Source: Candidatus Bathyarchaeota archaeon (GTDB lineage: Archaea; Thermoproteota; Bathyarchaeia; 40CM-2-53-6). Taken from it: a stretch of DNA of 64,000 nt. The stretch lies in NCBI GenBank assembly GCA_963726255.1, contig CAVSBL010000002.1:352001-416000 (forward strand), read 5' to 3'. The position numbers and the translations under genes are program-made. The notes below the pieces were generated by a model, which saw nothing but the letters and a program-made list of their open reading frames with translations, did not search any database and was not told the DNA's origin. Every line of letters starts with the position of its first letter. Positions within the stretch are counted from its first letter, which is position 1. Below are positions 27,922 to 36,741 of the stretch, piece by piece.

Positions 27922-29130
27922 TCAATTCTTATGCCCGCGAAATACGAGTCGCTGTCTTTTCAGATATACCTGAAGTAGTTCCCCTTGCACTATGAGAGAC
28001 AACAGTGCAACTCCGAAGGTCATCGCGACTATGGCTTCCCTGTGCGGAAAGTTGTTGGGAAGTGAGAGAGCAAGCGCGACTGAAATCACTCCCCTCAAGC
28101 CCGCCGCTGCGAGGATACCTTTCCAGGAGTTCGGAATTCTTTCTCCGATTAGCCCCGCAAGCGTCACGATTGGATAAACGCTGGCCACTCTGGCCAAGAG
28201 TATCGCGATGAACGCGGCAACTATGAACGGAGCAAAAGTAACAAGCAAGGAGGGGTCTACCTTCAGTCCCAAGAGTAGAAAAGCGAATGATGTCACTACG
28301 AACGTGACGACTTCCCAAAACCTTGTCACAGTCGTACGGGTTTCCTTGGACATTGCGGTCCGCATGGTTCTGTTTCCCATATACAGACCTGCTATCGCAA
28401 CCGCAATCAATCCTGAAGCGCCTAGACTTGCAGCGAGAATGAAGGAACCAAACATTACTGCTATGGTGAAGTATGTCTCAGCCAAGGGTTCCGTGACCAA
28501 GCGATAAAGGAGTTCAGCTATTCCAGAGACAACTAGGCCTATTATGACACCCCCTCCGAGAGTATATGCGAACAATGTCGTGCTCTCCAACGGACTGAAA
28601 ATAAGAGAGATAGCAATAGGATACAGGATTACCGCTATAGCATCATTGAAATACGCCTCGGTTTCAAGGATCGTAGTCAGTTGCCTTGGCGCCTTGGTGC
28701 GCTTCAAAAGGCTGACGACCGAAACTGGGTCAGTTGGCGACACAATGACACCGAATGTCAATGCTACCCCAAGAGGCAAACCCAAAGAAATTCTCAAAAC
28801 CAATCCAGTGACGAGAGCAGAGATGATAACACCAAAGATCGCCAGCGACAGCACGGTCCTCCTAGTAGCCTTGAAATCCTTGAAGCGTGTTCGCATAGAA
28901 GCCTCGAAGATCAATGGAGGAACCACCAATCCGAGTATTGTAGATCTGTCAAGTGGAATTGTGCTAAGTCCACCAGCAAGCCTAAACAATGACAAGAAGA
29001 AGCCGATCGCGATCATGACTATGGTGTAGGAGATCCTTAGCTTCGAACTCAGAAGGACTCCTACGAACGACAGAACAATAACGACCAGTACAACCGTCAA
29101 CCACGGCATGGTAGGAGAGAGATCGAGCAC
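27922..29130 (-). CDS. nhaP: CPA1-family Na+/H+ antiporter (paralog 4)
   Basis: PPLIFEAS, SPTDPV, EAYFND, GLRGVISVALAL; long identical stretches with paralog 1. Confidence 0.93.
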   Translation of the reverse strand: MLDLSPTMPWLTVVLVVIVLSFVGVLLSSKLRISYTIVMIAIGFFLSLFRLAGGLSTIPLDRSTILGLVVPPLIFEASMRTRFKDFKATRRTVLSLAIFGVIISALVTGLVLRISLGLPLGVALTFGVIVSPTDPVSVVSLLKRTKAPRQLTTILETEAYFNDAIAVILYPIAISLIFSPLESTTLFAYTLGGGVIIGLVVSGIAELLYRLVTEPLAETYFTIAVMFGSFILAASLGASGLIAVAIAGLYMGNRTMRTAMSKETRTTVTRFWEVVTFVVTSFAFLLLGLKVDPSLLVTFAPFIVAAFIAILLARVASVYPIVTLAGLIGERIPNSWKGILAAAGLRGVISVALALSLPNNFPHREAIVAMTFGVALLSLIVQGELLQVYLKRQRLVFRGHKN

Positions 29131-29368
29131 TAGTCGTCACTCATCGCGTATGCACGCCCTGCTCCGAGCTCTTTCCTAGAATCCAAGCTACCAAGCAGTA
29201 GGCCATCCCCACAGCTGCCGCCATGGAACCGAAAGCTAGGAGAGTATAGACTTCGTCTGGATTCATTCTACTTTCTAATGTCTGACCTCACCGCGGTGAT
29301 TTCACCATGATGGACCACGCGTACGTACTCTGGGTTTACAGCGTTGAATGAAGTGCGATGTTGTCTCC

Positions 29369-29659
29369 TTACACTAGACCGAAGCGGCTCATAACCTCCG
29401 AAAATCTCCTGTACTCGGAAACAAACTCTCTTCCCTTGCTCGTAATTGAGAGAGTGTTCTGAAAATTCACAAGTCCGAGTTTCTCCATCTCTCTGAGATG
29501 TCGCCTCAACCTGTCTGAAGGCACATTAACACGATTCTGAACCCTTGTGATCCTCACAACGTCTGAAGATCTCTCTTCCTTCAGGATGGAACGCAGAATG
29601 TCATAGTAAATTCTTGTACGTTCCCTAGGCCACTGCCTGCTTGAGCCTGAGGGATTCAA
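29369..29659 (-). CDS. Archaeal winged-helix DNA-binding protein
   Basis: R.R..IYYDIL, ITRV...VN.....L..HL.EM.KLGLV, ITSKGREFV. Confidence 0.85.
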   Translation of the reverse strand: MNPSGSSRQWPRERTRIYYDILRSILKEERSSDVVRITRVQNRVNVPSDRLRRHLREMEKLGLVNFQNTLSITSKGREFVSEYRRFSEVMSRFGLV

Positions 29660-29665
29660 TCCAAT

Positions 29666-30352
29666 TCACTTGCGATGAAATCCTTCAAGCGCAATAGCGC
29701 CCAGACCGAGAAGTCGTGACAAGTGCGCGAAGGCAAATGACCAGAAGCCCGCATCCAATGACCAAAGCAAAAGGCTGTACTGTTCTATGGCTAGAAGAAC
29801 GAAGCCAGCCAGTACAATCGCTCCCAGCTCGTAGGCCTTCGCCTTCAGAATCTGGTACATGCTAAAGAGAACATATGCTAAGAGGCCTAGGTTTGTGATT
29901 CGAAATACTTGGTCAGCCACTCTGTGCGGAGGAAGGACCATGACCGGGGGAACGACAACTATCAGGACAGCCACGACTGCAAGAACTACGAGTAGAGAGA
30001 AGAGCCAATTGGACATCCGACCAAGGCGATGCGCTAAGCTCCTTCTCCTCAGAAAATAGGTTGTTCCTAGAAAAGCGAACCCATAGCACCCGATGAAAAG
30101 TTGCAGCCAGCTTGCTTCGTCCCCTAATGAGGAGATGACGTAGGACGTGCCAAGTAGCAAATACGAGAAGCCCAAGAAACTGAAGCCAATTGGAAAGCCA
30201 AGGAGATAGTCTCTTCGAAGCACTCTGAATGACCTGAGCATCAAATATGCGATAGCAAAGGCCAAACATGCCGACAGAAGTTCGCTGGCCAAAAACGGGA
30301 CGGTTTCATTTCCTAAGAATGAGGACATTTTCGCTGTTGCTCCAATTTGCAC
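29666..30352 (-). CDS. About 7-TM membrane protein, putative sensor
   Basis: Seven hydrophobic segments, no soluble domain; ends 6 nt before the wHTH gene. Confidence 0.75.
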   Translation of the reverse strand: MQIGATAKMSSFLGNETVPFLASELLSACLAFAIAYLMLRSFRVLRRDYLLGFPIGFSFLGFSYLLLGTSYVISSLGDEASWLQLFIGCYGFAFLGTTYFLRRRSLAHRLGRMSNWLFSLLVVLAVVAVLIVVVPPVMVLPPHRVADQVFRITNLGLLAYVLFSMYQILKAKAYELGAIVLAGFVLLAIEQYSLLLWSLDAGFWSFAFAHLSRLLGLGAIALEGFHRK

Positions 30353-30601
30353 GACGGTTCCCTTGACTCATGCAAGATAAAAGATCGCGTGCATCGCGAG
30401 GTAGATTTGGAATTGAAATGCCTGGGAACGCTCCAGTTGCGCTTGGGCAAGGAGTACGCAGCATGATATGGAGGGATGGTACTAGTGGTGCGCACTCCCC
30501 CAGAAGAAGGTACCACTGGTGCGAGCAGTCAGTCTGAACCGTCGTCGTTCGTCCTCAAAGAAAGTGTCGGAAAACCTTTCCGCCAGACTTCCCAAAGCGG
30601 G

Positions 30602-31123
30602 CTAAAGCTTTGAGGGAAGTAGCGCAAGAATTTCCTTGGTCTCAGAGAGAGGGTTAGGTTCGTAGGAGATTCGAAGCACCCGTTTGAACAGGTCTCTCTC
30701 AGTGGCTATGCCAACAAGCTTTCCTTTGTCAACTAAAGGCAGTTGGTGAATACCATGCTAAAGCATCGTCTTGTTCGTCTCCTGATTAGGAGTGTCAGAA
30801 GATATGGAGATAACAGGACTTGACATTACTCTTCCAGCACGACTTTTAAGCGCCCTCGCGCCCTTGGCTACGCTACTCAATACGTCACGCTCCGTTATGA
30901 TGCCAACAGGCCTCCTTGACTGAGTAACCACAACGCTCCCAATGTTCTGCCCGACCATCTTCTTCAAAGCCTCCGTCACAAGGTCGTCAGGCTTGATGGT
31001 CTGGACATGTTTACTCATTATCGATCTGACAAGGTCCGACAAAACTGCCCAGTCGCAGACTATCCCACTTTGTGACATTAAAGCCTCGGCCCATTTGATA
31101 CCGCAATAGTCAGGAATGAGCAT
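30602..31123 (-). pseudogene. CBS-pair protein interrupted by an in-frame TAG
   Basis: After KTML* (TAG 30760-30758) the same frame continues HGIHQLPLVDKGKLVGIATERDLFKRVL... to a stop at 30602. Confidence 0.8.
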
Positions 31124-31174
31124 TCTGATTCCGTTTTCGCAGACACTCCAGTCCTGAGTCCAGAAGCAGATTTC

Positions 31175-32335
31175 CTAAACCAATCCCCACGTGTGTTCGC
31201 AGTTGCAGTAGCTTTTGCCGAAATCGTGATTGTTTGCGCTGCGATTGTTGCTTTTGAATTTGAAATTCCTGACCGTCGCCGGGTACTCATTGTAGAATAT
31301 CCAAGACCAAATCGGCCCAATGAGGGGTTGCGATATCTTCCAGCAGCATCTCGCGTATGTTGCCATCTCTATGCTAAGCTCAGTTTGACCAGAGGTTGCG
31401 CTCACATTGAATATGGGGAGGCCATTCTCGTAGCGCTTGGTAATCTTAACGTCTTCGAAGGAATACTCCTTCCCCTCCCCGGGGTCGTAGAAGTTGAGCG
31501 TCTTTGAAATCATTCTTTCACCCCAATCCATCGTACTCTCATGGGATATTGAATGTCTGAACATTGGGATACCGATGTGGGGCAAGAAGTATTGTAGGTA
31601 GCCACCATTGTCCCATTGTACTGTGCCCCAATACCAACAGGGGGTTATCGAAGATATTCGCACTTTCTGGAAATACGATCTGCCCTTTACTGGTGTTTCG
31701 ATGTCGCCTACTCGGATCCTTCCCGATGACGACAGTCCCCTGTATTTCAGCATCGAATACCCCATGTTTCCAACGAAATTCTTCCCTGTGGGCAGTAGTT
31801 CCGCCATCACGTCTTTCCATCTCTCCATTGACAGCTCGATTCCGACGTTGTCCGTTTCTATCTTCAGCCAGAAATCCGCGCGGCTTCCGCCGTATGAATA
31901 GACCCCTTTGTGGCCTTCCATTCTGATTCTTCCAGAGTGGTCGTCGCGTTCGGTCTCGGTCTTCCCGTGATCGAGGAGGAGAGGTTCATGCATTCTCTTA
32001 CCGTCATAGTACCAGGAGGCCACCATCGTTTCGAAAGCAGCGTGCTTCCCATTGATTTCCACTGGGATTGTTGGCTCCCAACAATAGTCGTTCACACGGA
32101 CTTTTCTGCAATTTCGGGTGCCCCAAAGGATCATGAGCTGTTTCGGGAATTCGGGGGCATCAGGGTTTTCGAAAAAGTGAATCCACCACCACCAGTGCCA
32201 CGTGCGGTTCTTGAGCATGTTTTCAGGATAGATTCTCCAGATATCATCGAAGACTTTGTGCATGGAGGTCTGCAAATCAGACGGCCTCAGCGTTAATTGG
32301 ATATGTGAACGTTTTGCGGATGTATCGGTTATCAA
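31175..32335 (-). CDS. Conserved-looking Trp/Tyr-rich hypothetical protein (possible AttH/tocopherol-cyclase-like beta fold)
   Basis: 386 aa, TWHWWWWIHFF, V.GRSYFQKV, PCWYWG, EHTWG; fold guess is inference only. Confidence 0.7.
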   Translation of the reverse strand: MITDTSAKRSHIQLTLRPSDLQTSMHKVFDDIWRIYPENMLKNRTWHWWWWIHFFENPDAPEFPKQLMILWGTRNCRKVRVNDYCWEPTIPVEINGKHAAFETMVASWYYDGKRMHEPLLLDHGKTETERDDHSGRIRMEGHKGVYSYGGSRADFWLKIETDNVGIELSMERWKDVMAELLPTGKNFVGNMGYSMLKYRGLSSSGRIRVGDIETPVKGRSYFQKVRISSITPCWYWGTVQWDNGGYLQYFLPHIGIPMFRHSISHESTMDWGERMISKTLNFYDPGEGKEYSFEDVKITKRYENGLPIFNVSATSGQTELSIEMATYARCCWKISQPLIGPIWSWIFYNEYPATVRNFKFKSNNRSANNHDFGKSYCNCEHTWGLV

Positions 32336-32445
32336 TGGATAGTATGTTCAGTAAGGTGGATTCAGCCGTGTCAGATACCGGCGGACGAGCCTTCGTTTCG
32401 TAGAATCTACTTAGCCCATATATGGGGGACCTGATCCGCAAGGCG

Positions 32446-32967
32446 TTACCTCTGGAGTTCGAAAACGAATTCTTGGGCTCCCGCGAGAACAATCAACGCA
32501 TGCATGGAGCCAGGCGTAGGCGATGAGACGCCTAGGAAAAGCGTAACGAACCCATTAGGCTGAATTGTGGGTAGGTTCCCGCCCCCGGTGAACATGTTCC
32601 AGCGGTAACTAGCCGGGAACACAATATCGTTTGAAGTGATCGAAAGGTTTCCTTGTGGCTTAGCTCCGATAATTGTGGGATCCGTTGGCGATCCAACTGT
32701 TCCTTTTGTGAGTTTCACATTGTCGAAGTAAATTGCAGTTATGTTCAGAGGGCTCGTACCTCTGTTCCATAGCGTGACTGAGACTTGCACGAGATCTCTG
32801 TTGAAATTGTAGCCCACTAATTGCAGGCCCGAGACATCGGGCAACGAGGATTCGAGTGATGAGCGGTGGCTGGTGAGCCATACGGGCACGATCTGAGTTT
32901 GTGTGAAGGCCACCATTATGACGAGGAGTATGAGCGGTGTAATTAGGGCTAAGTGTTTATCGTTCAT
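32446..32967 (-). CDS. Membrane-anchored exported beta-rich protein
   Basis: ATG at 32967 overlaps the upstream stop (ATGA); N-terminal TM, then V.VTL.N.G...LNITAIYFD. Confidence 0.75.
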   Translation of the reverse strand: MNDKHLALITPLILLVIMVAFTQTQIVPVWLTSHRSSLESSLPDVSGLQLVGYNFNRDLVQVSVTLWNRGTSPLNITAIYFDNVKLTKGTVGSPTDPTIIGAKPQGNLSITSNDIVFPASYRWNMFTGGGNLPTIQPNGFVTLFLGVSSPTPGSMHALIVLAGAQEFVFELQR

Positions 32968-33941
32968 TTGTCTTCCTCCATCGTTTTGCCAGCCTTCCAA
33001 ACCCCCACTACTTCCTTCAAGACGAGTGCATATACGCACCACACAGATAGAACAACGATCAAACCCAATGTTACGATGATCAATGAATGGACGGGTAGGA
33101 TACCCGCGAGTCGAAGGTCGACGCTTGGTGCTTGTCCGTTGACGTAAGGGGTCTCAAGGGTTGGTTCGGTTTGCCAAGGCGGAGGATAGAACGAGGTTGA
33201 GGTCTGGCTCTGCAAGTATTGACCGCTGCCGGCAAAGTGTGCTGTCACAACGATTGCTCTAGGGGCAGTCAACGGAAAGGAAAGTTTGGCTGTTCCATCG
33301 GAGCCAGTCGTATTCTGGCCCATCTTCACTGGTCCAAAGTCGCTGCTTACAGAGAATTCCACGATTGCACCAGATATCGGGGCCCCGTTTTTGTTGGCAA
33401 GAAATACTGAGACGGTGATGACATTTCCACGTGCTGCGACATCTAACTGGCTAAGGTTAGTTGAGACGGGTGCTGTCCGCGTTGAAGCGCTCACGACGAG
33501 GAAGCCCTGCTGCAGGTTCTCCATGCCGAAGCATGGAATAATGCAATAAAACTGAAAACTCCCAACTTGACTTGCAGTAAAGTTCACTTCCTGCACCGGT
33601 ATCAGTTTATCAATATTGCCCGTCACAATATTGTATCCGCCAATTATCATCTTGTGAGGGTTATCGAAGGAGAGGTCTTGGTCGGCATAGAGGAACCGGA
33701 TATCGACTCGATCGCCCTGAGTTACCTGAAGGTAGAATGGGTTAGATGAGCCGTTAAACCCTGAGGAGCTGACGAGGACTGTGAAATACCTAACTCCTGT
33801 TTCGTTGCTGCTTGGCGTAAGGTTGAAGACCGTGAGGTTTCCGGAAATGTCCGTTGATAGACCCGGCGGTGCTGTTGCATTTGCGAATTGGAGGATTAAG
33901 AAAAATGTGACCAGCGCAACTAAAGCAACCGTGCCACGCAC
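32964..33941 (-). CDS. Exported cupredoxin + Ig-like domain protein with C-terminal TM anchor
   Basis: Signal peptide, LQVTQGDRV, PH, FTASQVGSFQFYCIIPCFGM, then PISGA.VEF...TTGSDGTA Ig-like repeat, C-terminal helix. Confidence 0.8.
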   Translation of the reverse strand: MRGTVALVALVTFFLILQFANATAPPGLSTDISGNLTVFNLTPSSNETGVRYFTVLVSSSGFNGSSNPFYLQVTQGDRVDIRFLYADQDLSFDNPHKMIIGGYNIVTGNIDKLIPVQEVNFTASQVGSFQFYCIIPCFGMENLQQGFLVVSASTRTAPVSTNLSQLDVAARGNVITVSVFLANKNGAPISGAIVEFSVSSDFGPVKMGQNTTGSDGTAKLSFPLTAPRAIVVTAHFAGSGQYLQSQTSTSFYPPPWQTEPTLETPYVNGQAPSVDLRLAGILPVHSLIIVTLGLIVVLSVWCVYALVLKEVVGVWKAGKTMEEDK

Positions 33942-33942
33942 C

Positions 33943-35871
33943 TTAGAGCGCCTCCATCGATTCTGCGATCTTCATCATCTCGTTAATCGTGCTGTTAGCG
34001 AATATGGCATAACGGACCCCGTTTCTCCACCATTGAAGTTGGCCAGGCTCAATTACACCACCCGAGACTTGGCTTGGCTCTCTTGCGAAGCCAATGTTTC
34101 CCGCGACATTAACTCGTGTAAATTCAGATGGCAAATAGGCTGGAGAAGTGACATTAAGCGAGTCCTCCGCTTGGATGATGACGAATGCTACATCTTCACT
34201 GTACAGGGAAAGTGGCCTAGTCAACGGATTCTCGTAAATTAACGACACGATATGATCGTCTCCGGAAACCCTCACATCCTTCAGCTGGCTTCCTAGCGGA
34301 AATTCAATTGGCTTTGAAATTGAGAACCCGACAGTTTTCCTTGCTTCGGCGAGCGAGACACTTAGTCCGAGGTTCGACAAAGGCACTACAGGTATGGAAG
34401 AACGATTTCCGTTCGAGTTCAGTGATTTAATTGGAAGTTGTATTGGAGCAAATCCCAATGCGAAACCCGCGATTGCAAGTGATCCGTATTTCAGAAAGCT
34501 TCTCTTGGACACAGCGATTGACGATTTAGGCTTAGTTTGCAGTGCCAACCCAGTTGACTTTGCCGAGAAAGCTGTTGCACTTGTCTCACTTGGCTCTTGT
34601 GTTTCCCAGATTGAGATTACCGGGAACAGGTGACTGAAGGTGAGGTAGATGAGAGTGAAACCCGCGAAGGTGCCGGCGACAATCGAGAGTTCCACCCAAG
34701 TCGGTACGTACGATCCCGATGAGTAACTTAGCTGTGGAAGAGCTAGAGTTGGTACAATAATGTTGAAGCGTTCAATCCACATCCCAACGTCGACAAGCAG
34801 AGATGCGACGAGATATCCGGTTAGAGTTCTTGTGCGAGGTAGCCCTATCAGAAATGCTGGAATCACGAGTCCGCCGATGAGTTGAACCCAGAAGAATGTC
34901 GCGTACTGACCCCAGAGCAGGGACGCCATCCATTGTCCTTCAGGGCTTGATGAATCGAAGAACTTGTAACCGGGGACAAGATTCTCGTTTATCGTGAAGT
35001 AGATGACGATGATGTCAAGGGCTATCAGGAGTTTTCCGAGATTATCAAAGTGGCGTTTTGTTATATAGGCGTCTAAATGGTAGAACTTGGTGAGAAAAGC
35101 CATCACCAAAATTACGGTTGCTACGCCAGACAACAATGCTCCCGCCACGAAGTAGGGGCCGAATATTGTGCTGTTCCAACCCGTCCTGAACAGCATTGCA
35201 AAATCCCAAGATACGACCGTGTGTACCGAGATGGCGATGGGTATAATGATGATCGACATCATCTTAATCGCCTTCTCAAGGTGACTCCACTGGTCAGATG
35301 AACCGTTCCAGCCTAAGGAGAGCCTCCCGTAAAGCCACCTGCGAAACTTAGACGCGTCTTCCAATTTGTCCCTGCATGATGCGATGTCTGGAATCATAGG
35401 GAGATACAAGAAGATGGTGCTCCCGATCATGTAAGTCCCGATTGCCATAAAGTCCCAAGTTAACGGGGACTGAAGTCTAGCGAACACAATCGTGTTCAAC
35501 AATCTATCTGGCCTTCCGAGATCGGTTAGTGGCATCATGACCGCCATCATCAATGACGCGAAGGTGACTATTTCGGCAATCCTAGTGATTGGTTTCCTCC
35601 ATTCCGCGTTTGTGAGTCGAAGGATTGCGGACATCAAGGCGCCGACATGGCTTATGCCTATGAAGAAGACGAAGTTGATTATGTAGAACGCCCATGACAC
35701 GACGGACCTCATTCCCGTAACTCCCAGTCCAGTCGTCACCTGGACATAGTATGCGTAAACCCCCCACAGAGCAACGGCGAGAAGCGAGCTTCCTAGGGCA
35801 TAGGAGGACGAAGAGTGGTTCTTGACTGGTCCGAAAAGTATGTCGCTCTTCGAGGTCGAACTTGAGCTCAC
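33943..35871 (-). CDS. nrfD: NrfD/PsrC/ActC-family quinol-interacting membrane subunit with long C-terminal extension
   Basis: GLGVTG...WAFYI.NFVFFIG.SH.G, PITRIAE, DLGRPDR, SPLTWD, SVHTVVSWDFA, GW.STIFGPYFV.GA, GMWIERF.I. Confidence 0.92.
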   Translation of the reverse strand: MSSSSTSKSDILFGPVKNHSSSSYALGSSLLAVALWGVYAYYVQVTTGLGVTGMRSVVSWAFYIINFVFFIGISHVGALMSAILRLTNAEWRKPITRIAEIVTFASLMMAVMMPLTDLGRPDRLLNTIVFARLQSPLTWDFMAIGTYMIGSTIFLYLPMIPDIASCRDKLEDASKFRRWLYGRLSLGWNGSSDQWSHLEKAIKMMSIIIIPIAISVHTVVSWDFAMLFRTGWNSTIFGPYFVAGALLSGVATVILVMAFLTKFYHLDAYITKRHFDNLGKLLIALDIIVIYFTINENLVPGYKFFDSSSPEGQWMASLLWGQYATFFWVQLIGGLVIPAFLIGLPRTRTLTGYLVASLLVDVGMWIERFNIIVPTLALPQLSYSSGSYVPTWVELSIVAGTFAGFTLIYLTFSHLFPVISIWETQEPSETSATAFSAKSTGLALQTKPKSSIAVSKRSFLKYGSLAIAGFALGFAPIQLPIKSLNSNGNRSSIPVVPLSNLGLSVSLAEARKTVGFSISKPIEFPLGSQLKDVRVSGDDHIVSLIYENPLTRPLSLYSEDVAFVIIQAEDSLNVTSPAYLPSEFTRVNVAGNIGFAREPSQVSGGVIEPGQLQWWRNGVRYAIFANSTINEMMKIAESMEAL

Positions 35872-36686
35872 GTACTTGTACCTCCTCTGGGTGGAAGGTA
35901 TAGGACGCTTGGGCTCGTGCCCAACTCATCTTTGAACCGGTAAGCCCCTCTTCCCTGAATCATGGTGCTCAATCTGGCAGTATCTACACCATTGCTCACA
36001 ACATCCTGAGCCGCATCACCGAACCAAAGCGCCTTCATTCCTGCCCTTGTGCAGGCTTCAACACAGGCAGGCACCATACCCATCTTGGTTCGATGTCTGC
36101 ACCAGACGCATTTTTCAGCAACGCCTCTCCTGTGAGGGATGTTGTAATCAGGCGAATATGGTATCTTCTTCTCCTCTTCGGTGACCGGAGGATCGTACCA
36201 GTTGAAGAATCTCCGCTCATAGGGACATGATGCTAGGCATATTCTGCAGCCTATGCATCTATTTTGATCTATCAGTACGATGTTGTCTTCGCTATAGTAA
36301 GTCGCCCCGACGGGGCAGACTTTTGTGCAGGGCGAATTCTGACAGTTCTGACAAGGAACTGGCATGTGGGTCCCGTCAGCGAGATCGAAGACTTGTATCC
36401 ATGGCTGCTTGCCCTCATAGTTTGGCTCTCCCCAAGCAGGTGGGACGTGCATCTCCGTGTGACAGCCTTCGGTGCATTTTCTACAGCCGTCACATTTGTC
36501 CAGGTCAATTACCCAGATGTATCGTCTTCCAGGTTCATTCCCTGTAGCCTCATTTCCCGGCGCTTGTGAACTGACGGGCTCGAACCCATTTAGAAGAGAA
36601 GAAAATACGAAACCGGCCGTAGCGATGGCCGTGCCCTTCAGCAATTGCCTACGCTCAACCTTCAATCGTTTCCTCGACATTATCAT
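35868..36686 (-). CDS. nrfC: Tat-exported 4Fe-4S dicluster protein (NrfC/PsrB/ActB2-like)
   Basis: ERRQLLKG signal; CDGCRKC...C, CQNC...PC..VCP, CIGCRIC..SCPY, KCVWC...PACVEAC. Confidence 0.93.
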   Translation of the reverse strand: MIMSRKRLKVERRQLLKGTAIATAGFVFSSLLNGFEPVSSQAPGNEATGNEPGRRYIWVIDLDKCDGCRKCTEGCHTEMHVPPAWGEPNYEGKQPWIQVFDLADGTHMPVPCQNCQNSPCTKVCPVGATYYSEDNIVLIDQNRCIGCRICLASCPYERRFFNWYDPPVTEEEKKIPYSPDYNIPHRRGVAEKCVWCRHRTKMGMVPACVEACTRAGMKALWFGDAAQDVVSNGVDTARLSTMIQGRGAYRFKDELGTSPSVLYLPPRGGTST

Positions 36687-36741
36687 TCCTCAAGGAAACA
36701 TGAGAGCGCGATCATAATTCTCTGACTTCATTGATCTGATG

